NCBI GenBank assembly: GCA_046563655.1
Contig: CM102283.1
Coordinates: 4,092,001 to 4,156,000 of the forward strand
DNA: 64,000 nt
Reading direction: 5' to 3'
DNA from: Yuukianura sp. NJ FZ-2021
Taxonomy: Eukaryota
The position numbers and the translations under genes are program-made. Shown piece by piece: positions 11,307-21,716 of this stretch. The notes beneath the pieces are model-generated. The model did not search any database, was not told the DNA's origin, and saw nothing but the letters and a program-made list of their open reading frames with translations. Position 1 is the stretch's first letter, and the number at the start of each line of letters is the position of its first letter.

Positions 11307-11958
11307 CAGTGGTGGGAACCCGCGCGGATAACCTGCAGCTCATTGCAGATACCTGCAAACCTGCGCAGATAGGTACAGGTGATCAAGCTAAGAAGTTGGA
11401 TTTTGCAGGTGCAGGTCCCACAGGTACAAGGTCCCACAGGTACCATGTTGTACAAGGGGAAAACTGCGAAAATCAACCGAAAAACAGTATTCTGGCACCA
11501 AAAGCACATATTTTTTGTTTCGGATTAAAACATTTGTATCAGTTTGTACAAAACGTTAAAGGTTTGCCGTTGAGACGGTCAAAATGGCACATCCGCTTCA
11601 ACTAGCAATAAGTGTTTTGAATGATAAAAAAATCTTAAGTGGGTCATCTCCAAGATTTGAGCTATTTTATGACCACTAACAGTCTTCATAAATAGGTAGT
11701 ATGATTTAGCGGCGCTGCGTACATTGCTAACCGCAGTAATTAGTATCAATTAGAATTAGTTCAAAACTAAAATACACCAAACCGGCTACGTTAACTGGAG
11801 TTAAATCTATTGTTCTCTGGGCGGGTAACCTGCATCATCTGCAGGTCCCACAGGTTTTACAAACCCGCTAGACCTGCAGGTTGCAGGTTGGACAGGTTAC
11901 ACAAGGTGCAGGTGCAGGTGCCACAGGTTTAAAAAATTCGCGCAGGTTCCCACCACTG
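11307..11958. mobile_element. hAT-type MITE, family A copy 1 (652 bp)
   Basis: TIR CAGTGGTGGGAACC / GGTTCCCACCACTG; 8-bp TSD ACATGCGC (11299-11306, 11959-11966); subterminal ACCTGC/GCAGGT motifs; near-identical inverted copy at 16636-17313. Confidence 0.92.
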
Positions 11959-12198
11959 ACATGCGCCCAGCAAGTCGGCTCGCCGTGGGACCGGGCAAGC
12001 ATACACCACGGTGGACACCGTACTCTATTCCGCTGGCACCGCCCCAGTCTGAACTCCCTGTACTAGGAAGTCTACCTCCGCCGGACATACTCCTCCCGAT
12101 GCTTGTGGCCAAGGTGCAAGAGTTAGAAGCCCGCCTCCGACAATTTGAACCACAGAATCTGTAGCACACATGCTCCGCCCCCTACGCATTGTTTTGTC

Positions 12199-12228
12199 GG
12201 GACGACAAAAAGAATAGGCGTTGGAGAG
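12199..12228 (+). promoter_or_regulatory. Polypurine tract
   Basis: GGGACGACAAAAAGAATAGGCGTTGGAGAG immediately precedes the TG of the 3' LTR. Confidence 0.7.
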
Positions 12229-12833
12229 TGTTACACCTGCTTTAATTCAAGATTTATTTCCACGTTTTACTTTCACTCAGCCAAGGTTCCACGTACACTT
12301 AGTCACTTAGTCGCTAAGGGACCCCAGCACTTGTATTTAGTTACTAAGCAGGAAGTGTAATAGCAAGGCCAGGTTAATTAAGACAAAACCACAAGGCCAG
12401 GTAGATAATTCGATTAAGAATCAGCCTCACCGCAGGCCCTCTTTATCACCCAATTAGTGTTACCACAGCCTACGCCGGTAATGCGGTTAGTGCTCCTGCG
12501 GTTGTTACTTTACCACTTGTTTACCACAAAAGGTACTATCTATCCACCTTCAATTAACGGATAATTAAGCACCTGGTATAAATACCCGGCAGTCACTGCC
12601 TAAAGTTAAGTCAGTACAGAAGTCGAAGAAGTAAGCGAAACTCGAATAAAGGAAGTACGACACTTAATAAGAACATAGGGACTTCATTTTCACCTCCTCG
12701 CAACAATGGACTGACTGCCATGGAACCTCGGCCGCCCGGAAGGGGTCTCTGGGGCCCTTGACCCCACGGGGCAAACATCGGTCTCCCCCGTGGGCCCTTC
12801 CTGAAACGGCGAACGCCTATTTCCGGCGTTACA
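12229..12833 (+). repeat. 3' LTR
   Basis: 605-bp direct repeat of 544-1148, followed by TSD ACCT. Confidence 0.95.
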
Positions 12834-13487
12834 ACCTCCACCACCACTTACCTCAATTCCACCACCACCACCACCGAATTTCTGCGTTGTTGGCCTTTCA
12901 GATGATTAGTTGGTCTCATGTAGTGTTGTTAGGTTGATTCTCGTTGATGTAAGGAAGAGGTGCATAGAAGATCATAGTAATACTAGTTACATCAAACAAC
13001 GTTGTACCAATATGGTCAATTATGTTGTCACTCCAGCCGTAATACCCGTAGAGGCGTAGACGTTTAATCTAGTACTTGGTGGTACCAGGTTGATATTGTA
13101 GTGTGAGCACTGGTACAACAGAATGATGCTAAAACTTATTAACATTGTTGAGGTTACAATGGAGTGGGATAATTCTGTCGTTCAACCAAGTATGTTGTGT
13201 ATGAATTTGCGGTTTTGCGAATAACTTAGGTTACTAACTTCCCTACCTTTCGCTTTCACTACCGTACTTATACCTGGTACGTATTATTTATTGATTTCAG
13301 GGAAGATAAGTGTTTCTAAGCGTTTTCCTGTGTTCTTTCAATTGAGGTCGACTCCGATAATCGTAGTCCGATTATTTATAAAATATTTAAAGTTTTTATT
13401 TAGTAAGACCGGACAACCAAACTTTCGTGGTGCCTTTCTGAAACCAGGATAAGGTTCAATATTTCAATAAGCGTAAGGTTCAATAAA

Positions 13488-15260
13488 ATGAATCTGGCTA
13501 GATTGTGGAAACCTCAAGGTCATCTTATTAGGACTCCGATTAGTCCGATTATTGCCGTGGTAGGATCTACTCTTCTCTCGCACGAAGGCTCAACTTCATG
13601 TGTACCCTTGCGGCGTCAAGACGAAATATTCCGAAGATGGAAGGCAGATGATCGGAAAGAATTGGCAGCCTCGATGCCAAAGAAGGATATGGGGACGCAG
13701 GGCGAAACCGGGACAGACATAGGTCTCATTGGCAGGAGGTAATAAGTACTAGTAAAGCTCTTTTTGTAATCTAAGCAATTGATTAGTCATACACCACTAA
13801 TTGCAGTTTGATTTAGCAAGGATGACATGTTCCCTACTGCCGAGACTCCTGACACTCTTTTTGACGGGGTACGTTTCGCTGATCTTCCAATTTGTCACAT
13901 CAAAACCAGTCCAAATAACACAATCATAACTGTTACCAACTACAATGGAAGTGAGCGGCTGGGCTACCGGTCTTGCGGTATAGAAGGATTCAAAAACACG
14001 CGAAAAGGAACGAACATTGCTGCTCAGGCGACGGCCATCACATTAGGCAATGTAAGACTAGGGGTCGCAAAGTCGACTTTTCGAGTAAAGTCGAAGTCGA
14101 TTTCTTGACCATTTTTTGGAAAGTCGAAAGTCGACTTTACAACTTTCGAAATTCGACTTTGCCTTAAAAAATGAGGTAATTTGAGCCTAGGAAAGCGACA
14201 TGCAACTTAATGCCTAAGCACTGTAAATCATTTAATTGAAAACAAATTAGTTATTTTCCTTTTCGGGGTATTCGCAATATGATGAATACATCCGGGTTTG
14301 AAAATTTTGAACCCGGATTTGAGTTTAGTTTAAGGCATTGACGGTACTTGTGGCAATTTTTAATGAACCTGCGAATTATGTTCGCACCATAGACAAATTC
14401 TAGAAACCATATTCAACATATCGAAATTCGAAATGTGCATTTAAAAAAAAAACAGATTTAAACAAAAAGAATTTCTTAAGTTTTCCCAGTTTTCGTGCAG
14501 ATATTTGAATAGTCTTAACCCATTAATCAACATTTTCATTTCGGTGTTTAAACCCCACCTTTTGTTGCTAACTAAAAAAAATATTTAAAAAATATACATA
14601 AAAAATTATGCATGAGTGTTTGTCCGAAAAATCCGGATCAGAAACCATATTTGGTTAAATAATAAAATCCGAAATCCGTGTATTTTTGAAAATCATGCGG
14701 ATTTGGAATGTGATTTTTAGTTTTCTTTCGGGGCATTCTATTGAAGGTTCAAAGTCGACTCCAAAGTCGACTCTAGAGTCGAAACTCAATTCCCAGAGTC
14801 GAAAGTCGACTTTGAGATTTCGTTCGACTTTGCGACCCCTATGTAAGACTGGCCAACTGTTGAAAACGTTACGCGAGCAAACTGAAACACAAATCTGTCA
14901 TATCTCAACAACACTAAAGAGTGATTATTGATGTGATTAATTTCCTGATTTCAAAATCGGGAAATCGGGGTTTCAAAATGTGTTTCAGCTTGTTTGGAGA
15001 TTATTAACTACCCAATAATACGGAGGTCATTTGACTGTGCAGTGTATCTATTTCTACCTACAGCTGATTCCGCTTTTTGACTACAGGATCTTGTGAAGAA
15101 GAGTGTGAAAACACTTCGAGTCAAAATCCAAGGCCTCGGTCCGGGACGTATGAGTTCAGTAAAGGGACTTCAAATGGCCGGTCTCAACATTGTTTCCGTG
15201 ACGGATAACACACCCATCTCCTCCAATCCACCACGAGGAAAGAAACAGCGGAGAATCTAA
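13488..15260 (+). CDS. mRpS11: Mitochondrial 28S ribosomal protein S11 (uS11m), 3 exons, ~219 aa
   Basis: Exons 13488-13738, 13817-14051, 15087-15260. uS11 motifs [70 protein letters not shown]-terminal extension resembles a targeting peptide. Confidence 0.93.
14059..14841. mobile_element. hAT-type MITE, family B (783 bp), in mRpS11 intron 2
   Basis: TIR TAGGGGTCGCAAAGTCGA / TCGACTTTGCGACCCCTA; 8-bp TSD TGTAAGAC (14051-14058, 14842-14849); subterminal AAAGTCGA repeats. Confidence 0.92.
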
Positions 15261-15382
15261 CATCCAAGTTTTGTACCAAAAATGTTTTGTTTGTTAAGTC
15301 CGTTTATTATAGAATCACAGTTGATGCGATTGTTTTGTTGAGGAATGTAGAGTACGTGTACTTCCGGAAATAGACTTGTAAT

Positions 15383-18300
15383 TTATTGATTGTTGTTGAG
15401 ACTCACGGATGAGAGGGACAACGGGTGTGGTTTGGGGCTCACGCGAAGGTTGCGTCCAGACGTGTGGTTCGTTGTTGGCCTCAACTCCAATCGAACGCTT
15501 CCAGGAACTCCCGAGTTGTCCAGGGCGTAGAAAACGTTTGCGTTTGCGGGGAACTTAAGTTCTTTATTAGCGAGAACTTGGACGAGTGAGAAGCGACGAG
15601 GTTCCTCTCCTTCGAAACCCAACTTTTCCAGCGCTTGGGCTATCACTTGCGGCGTGTGGTCCGAATTACTGACAATCATAGATTTGTACATTACATCTGA
15701 TTTGGCTGGTGATGAAACTTTCACAACGACTGATGTTTCCGGCGTGGGGGAGGTGAGTCCGGGTACGACTGGTGGGGCCTCTGAGTAACCCATGGAACTT
15801 TCGTTTGAACTCTGGATTGAACCCTAATAGAACATAAATACAATCACATAATAATATAATAATAATTGGCTTTCAAATTACAAATTACCTTTCGAGTGGG
15901 GGGAATTCCCAAAACGCTCTCCGTATTTTCCGACGATGAGTTTGAAGCAAAAGAGTCGCTCTTGCGATGTCCTTTTGGTGGAACCCGTTCAGTTTGAATT
16001 GCGACAGACAAGTCGTAAGCAGCCTTGTCATCCAACACTGTTAAAGAGTTGTACCACGACGTGAAGTAAGGATCCTCTTCTAGACGATATCCTTTGGCAG
16101 ATCCTTGTAGGAGCTTCAGCTGAGCTAACACTTCAAATTCCTTTTTTCGTTTGTCAAAGTTGATGAGTGTTCCGTGTACGTAGTCTGGGTATGCAGCGTC
16201 AATGAAAGTCAAATCAGTGAGGAATGTACCAAGATAAGGAATCGTCCCATTCGGAGAGTCGAATTCTGCCGTCGTGCCTCTCGTGCCATGACTTGAGCGT
16301 AGAACCCTTGATAGGAATCTTCTGTCCTTTGGACTCTTGGTGGGCGTAGGGAATTTGGCTGTTCCCTCGGCTTCCAGAAGACTCCGTTGTGCCATTCGGT
16401 TGTTGTCTTCGGAGAAGATTTGGGATAATTGTGAGTAAATGGTCAGGCGGTCCTTGGAGACGAGATGCCAGAGCTTGGAGAGGCGAAAGATTGGGTTTGA
16501 CTCCAGGCCTGCAATGATGGCTTTCAACGACGAAAAATTCTTGAGCTGCCGTAATTCCTGCAATTAATGCAATTTAACGTCATTCCTGCCCAACAACTAC
16601 AAGAAAAAAAAGCAGTGTTTTCCCGAAATCCCACCCAGTGGTGGGAACCTGCGCGAATTTTTTAAACCTGTGGCACCTGCACCTGCAGCTTGTGTAACCT
16701 GTCCAACCTGCAACCTGCAGGTCTAGCGGGTTTGTAAAACCTGTGGGACCTGCAGATGATGCAGGTTACCCGCCCAGAGAACAATAGATTTAACTCCAGT
16801 TAACGTAGCCGGTTTGGTGTATTTTAGTTTTGAACTAATTCTAATTGATACTAATTACTGCGGTTAGCAATGTACGCAGCGCCGCTAAATCATACTACCT
16901 ATTTATGAAGACTGTTAGTGGTCATAAAATAGCTCAAATCTTGGAGATGACCGACTTAAGATTTTTTTATCATTCAAAACACTTATTGCTAGTTGAAGCG
17001 GATGTGCCATTTTGACCGTCTCAACGGCAAACCTTTAACGTTTTGTACAAACTGATACAAATGTTTTAATCCGAAACAAAAAATATGTGCTTTTGGTGCC
17101 AGAATACTGTTTTTCGGTTGATTTTCGCAGTTTTCCCCTTGTACAACATGGTATTCCGCAGGTTTGCAGTTAACTGCAAACCTGCGGAGGCTGTACCTGT
17201 GGGACCTGCACCTGCAAAATCCAACTTCTTAGCTTGATCACCTGTACCTATCTGCGCAGGTTTGCAGGTATCTGCAATGAGCTGCAGGTTATCCGCGCGG
17301 GTTCCCACCGCTGATCCCACCTGAGCAATTCGAATCCATTTCTCGAGTGTTTTCGCCCTTTGTTGCAGAGGTAACGTCGGATCAACCAGAATCGTGGCCA
17401 CAACACGTCCGGAAAGTGCATTGAACTGCTCAACTGTTGCCGCTACAGAAGCACATCCGCACCTTCGCTTCCACAAGCCTCCCAAACATTCCCAAACACG
17501 CAAATTAAGAAATAGTTCCTAAAAAACATGGACTTGTGTTAAGACGAATTGTATATATGGTATGTTTTGCTTCAAAATGTGTCACCTTATCATAGTAGGT
17601 GAGCTGTTGTGCAAAATGTGATTCCGGTATGGCCAAGAGTGAGTACGTTCGAATGTTCTGCGGCGAGAAAGTACGTAGAGAGTGCAGACTGCTAGACTTC
17701 CTCATCTTGCGCCGTGATCTCAGTTTATATTGAATTTTTAGTGCCAGAGAAGTGAGTCCTTGATCTTGTGCAAATGGCAGGATGACTTTACGTAAACAGT
17801 GGTAACCATCCCCTCCGGATTCGAAATCTTCAGAATAAGAGTCGAGCCATGCATTGAGACAGTCCAGCATCACCCTATTATGATGAAATGCTCCGAGTAA
17901 GGTCAATGCTACTTTATAACAAAGAACAAACATGGGCTAATTAGGCTCAGCTACCTTGATTTGACTTACTTTCGTAGTGAGTCTTGACTTGAGTGCTTGT
18001 AGAGGTAGATGATTTCTTGTAGTACTTCAGTCGGAGTTGCAAAGGCACGATACGTAGCTAAGAACACGCTCAGATGCGTCGCCTACTCAAAAACAGTTTA
18101 TTTTTTTCTCAGTAGAATAACTTCATGTGACTGTATACACAACTTCAGTTACTTTCCCTCACCTGGACATCGCTGTCGTCGTTCGACATGGCTTCAACTA
18201 TTCGTCGAAGGGTTCCGGCTCTGAGCACTCGCACACGAACAGTTTCCCACATCAAATGAGCAATTTCTCCTTGGTCGGAGTCCACTTCATCAATGACGAC

Positions 18301-18629
18301 GTCGCACGAAGAGGTGGTGCAGGACGTAATTCCGCTTGAGCGTCCTAACGACTGACTGTGGCTTGGCCCGGAAGAAGATGAAGACGGATAGTTGGTAACC
18401 ACTTGGACTAAGACAGAAGGCCTCTGGTAGCGAATCTTTTTCAAATACACGCCCCATACGGCATCATCTTCCACCTCCTCGGTCCACTGTGTCGTATCCT
18501 TTTGGTTACATGAGTTCATGATTATGTAGTAAATCCAATATTCGTTCAAATAATGATCAGCGGAACCTTTAAACTTACGGAACTTGGTACTTGGAATCCA
18601 AGACCACCAGAGCTATCATAGGTTTCCAT
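15383..18629 (-). CDS. Rgl: Ral guanine nucleotide dissociation stimulator-like (REM + CDC25 RasGEF + RA domain), ~7 coding exons
   Basis: Exons approx. 18629-18579, 18498-18163, 18082-17970, 17873-17586, 17518-17321, 16557-15889, 15823-15383. Motifs FLATYRAFAT, FAQQLTYYD, LKNFSSLKAII, GTIPYLGTFLTDL, LINFDKRKKEFEV, and RA-domain YKSMIVS..NANVFYAL. The start codon is tentative. Confidence 0.9.
16636..17313. mobile_element. hAT-type MITE, family A copy 2 (678 bp), in an Rgl intron
   Basis: TIR CAGTGGTGGGAACC / GGTTCCCACCGCTG; 8-bp TSD ATCCCACC (16628-16635, 17314-17321); inverted relative to 11307-11958. Confidence 0.92.
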
Positions 18630-19610
18630 GAAATTTTTGTGCAACTCTCCGCCGCCTGTTGCTTTAGTCTTCAGACTTGACGTTTGACAGAGTCTCCTAG
18701 TTTCTTATAACTCAATACCGCATTGAATCCTTGAAACAAAAAGTAAACCACAGTTATGGAACACTGGGTCTGAATATAATCGACTGAGAGAAGACGGAAG
18801 CGGAATACATGATTGATGATAACGAATAACGCAACACGGTTACGTGGTGACGGTGAGCCTGCTCGGCTTGTTTGAACTGTGTGTTTACATGTGTTAAACC
18901 CTCAAATCAGGAGGGTATTCCGTTAGTTGCTTGTCCAAGGAATTAACGATCCACTCCACGTTGCAGTAGTATTTCATGGGTCATCTGAAAATCTGAGTAA
19001 AAATGTAATTTGCAATGACACCGAATCCACCGAAGTTGGGGAAACCTCTAGTGTTCTGCAATACACGAAATAAAGGTACATTAGCGTGATTATTCTGGTG
19101 ATGTGACCCTTATTCAGGGTCCCTTATTCATCTCAGGTCGTCTTAATTAATTGCTAAGGAAATTCATATTAGACATAACGTGAAATTGAGTTAGGTGTCA
19201 CTAACTTCTTACCAAACAATAAGTGAATTCGTTTCTTCCAGCAACAGTAGGTTAAGGATCAATAATAATCCAGTATCCAGTCCTGATTCATTTACACATT
19301 ACACCTTAAACTGTTCCTTGCTTTCCCTTTTAATTAAAAACTGAAAGTGAAATTGAAAACCAAGGGTAAACATGTCATGTAAGTGATGAGATGATGGTTG
19401 ACGTAAGCGTAACGACACTTGTTGTTACCACTAAATATCGTGGCACCGCACTCCAATGCCGATTGTAAAGACTGCCGCATCAAAAATATGTCAAAGCAGT
19501 CTTATCAAGATTCAAAAAAAATATCTCATCATAAGGAGCCGTCAGTTAAATCCTTTCATTTTCCCGAACTTATGAAATATGAAACACTTTATTCAACTGC
19601 AGTTATTACG

Positions 19611-21716
19611 TTATTTTCTCTGATAGATCTGAATATAGGGTTCGGTGAGGGTTAGCATCTGAGGCAGGATTTCTTTGACATGCAAATCCTGCAGTTCGTA
19701 CCAAGTAGAATTGGCATGATGATACATCTGCATGCGCCAAGTCCCTCGCTTGGGCTGCCCCTCATGGACGACATTGGCGATGAGGTCGTAGGGCGCAGAC
19801 GGAAGTCCGAAAGCTTCTCCAAAGTCCACGGAGAGCACTGGGAAGTTGACGATGGTGGGATTCTTCTCAATGAAGAACGTATTCTTCGTGAAGCGGCGGA
19901 TGTACAGGATGAGGAACGGAGGAAGCGATGTCACTTGGAAACGCTTCAAAAAGTTTTCCTTGTAAGTGTTGTACTCCTTTGCCTCATTTCCGTTGAATTT
20001 TCCGAGGAGAGTGTACAGGTTTACCTGAAGTCAAACAGAAACGTTTAAAGAAAGTAAGTAAGTGGAATTAGATAACTAACGATTAGCTAACCTGTGGAAT
20101 GATGTTCTCCATCATTTCGTTCTTGAAAAGCGGAGTTGGCGGAAGGTCGCATGTTAAATACAGAAAAGACGTTTCTTCCACTTGCTCCTCCTCTTCTGCC
20201 TTGTCCTTTTCAATTCGCCGTGTAAACACTTTCATTTTGCCCAAAAATGTCTTGTAGATGATGCTGCTCCTTGGGTTTCTAAGAAAGTAGTGTAAACCTT
20301 TGAGTAAACTTTACAATGGAAAGTGCGAGAATGGCTGATGAATTAAACGTACTTGTTCCCATTGAGAGCCTTGTGAAGTGCGTTGAGAAGCCAGCTGAGG
20401 AATGTGATTGGGTCTCCTTGGGCTGTAATTTGGAATTGCTTCTTGGAGCAAAGTACCACTGCTTGCAGCATTTCATGTGGACTCACGTGAACTTTGAAGT
20501 TACGGGGATTCCATAGCTTTCGCATCAACTCACCGAAGCGCTGAACAAGTAGGAAGCTAAGAAGATCATACGTTCAATATTAGCCGCAGTTACCACAAAC
20601 GCAGCACTTCTTCGAATCAATGGATACTTTAAAATCAATGAATAAACTGTAATGTTGTGACCTACCTGTTTTCTCCCGGAGGTCGCTTGACACCAGAGTA
20701 ACTCTCTTCTCTGAGAAAATAGTCCCTAAGGGGTTTCACGTGACACAGGGCCTGGAGAATAACGTTGCAATAATCGTTGGCCTTTATGTTGTTCAGACCG
20801 ACCACACCAGGCAAATACATGGATCCATCAATCGCTCGTGATTCCTGAAAATTCAGAGATTCAATTCAGCATACGAATCAACAGTTAGTTAAGAGCAATT
20901 CTAGGGTAATCCGTTGATGCTTACCTTCGCCGTTGAATCCAACGCACTGATGTAGTTCTTAGTAAAAATTGGATTAACGACGTATTTAATGTCATCCAAC
21001 GAGGAGTCTAAATCGGTGTAAAAATAGCGTAGATTAAAATAAATGCGTTCTTCTGGTAGAATAGGTTGAGTTAAAGTGCCAACCAATCTTCTCTTATACC
21101 TATGATCTCGTAGTTATCTGGTAAACAGTAGAATTTGAGAGTGTGCAAATTAAGATAGACATGATGAAAATCCGCTACGCTATGTGTATGGGCATGCGTC
21201 GAAATTCCCCGGCCCTGGAAGTACTTGCCACAAACAAGGCAAGCGTAAACGTTGATCCGAGAAAGGGAGACAGAGCATAGCTTCTCAAAGTCAAAATCCA
21301 GTACGCTTCTGTCAATCGTATCCAAGTAGGGGCATTGACCTGTAAATGTACATAATCGTCTTATCAATTCCGATTCCGAATGTATTTTTAAGTCATATGT
21401 TCAAATCCAAGACAGGACGAAAGTATCAAACCGAATTTTCGGTATAATTCGTCGGTAAGAAATCCAACCTTGCCTACAACGATACTGCTATATTAAACAA
21501 TAGACGCAGTAAAGCCCATTCCTTTTGGTCTTTCTTGATTCAATGTTTACGTCTAAGTAATTTACACACACAGGACATCAGTTGGGTTTCCTTACGTGGT
21601 TTGAATCCGAGTTTGGGCTGTGAAATTTCCAAATCCAGTGCACCGTCATCGTCGGGTGTATTTGGGTTGTCCAATTTGAGCTTCTTCCTGGGCAAGTTAT
21701 CGTCACTGTCCGACAT
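19611..21716 (-). CDS. USP39: U4/U6.U5 tri-snRNP-associated protein 2 (USP39/Sad1), multi-exon
   Basis: ZnF-UBP CPYLDTIDRSVLDFDFEKLCSVSLSRINVYACLVCGKYFQGRG; GLNNIKANDYCNVILQAL; RKLWNPRNFKVHVSPHEMLQAV; RFTKNTFFIEKNPTIVNFP; WYELQDL. First exon 21716-21596. Confidence 0.95.

Larger units (their letters stand above)
8971..12164 (+). pseudogene. Disrupted cargo gene: Rrp6/EXOSC10 (RNase D family) exonuclease+HRDC-like protein with non-catalytic substitutions
   Basis: Segments 9024-9408, then a frameshift, then 9409-9723 + 11034-11306 + 11967-12164. The last three join in frame with no stop (261 aa) once the CMC and hAT insertions and their TSDs are removed. Motifs SYVGANC, LRQLFGTHRVIKLCYSG...WIERD, RQFLDQDLERMMDSTATIVLFW, LQEIFDST and ARVLDLPTNLF parallel Rrp6. 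Start uncertain (ATG 8971 is out of frame; ATG 9093 is in frame). Confidence 0.65.
544..12833 (+). mobile_element. Non-autonomous (gag/pol-less) LTR retrotransposon, probably Ty3/Gypsy-type, with four nested DNA transposons and cargo ORFs
   Basis: Direct repeats 544-1148 and 12229-12833 (both 605 bp, TGTTACA...GTTACA). 4-bp TSD ACCT at 540-543 and 12834-12837. PBS right after the 5' LTR and a purine tract right before the 3' LTR. No gag, protease, RT, RNase H or integrase motifs recognised. Confidence 0.95.

Noticed and set aside
10721-11605. ORFs 10721-11029, 10927-11331, 11144-11509 and 11273-11605
   Set aside because: They cross transposon ends or lie in MITE subterminal repeats; the coherent frame is the reconstructed one at 11034-11306.
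20740-20800. USP39 lacks the catalytic Cys (ANDY in place of the N..C box)
   Set aside because: Normal: USP39/Sad1 is an established pseudo-deubiquitinase.
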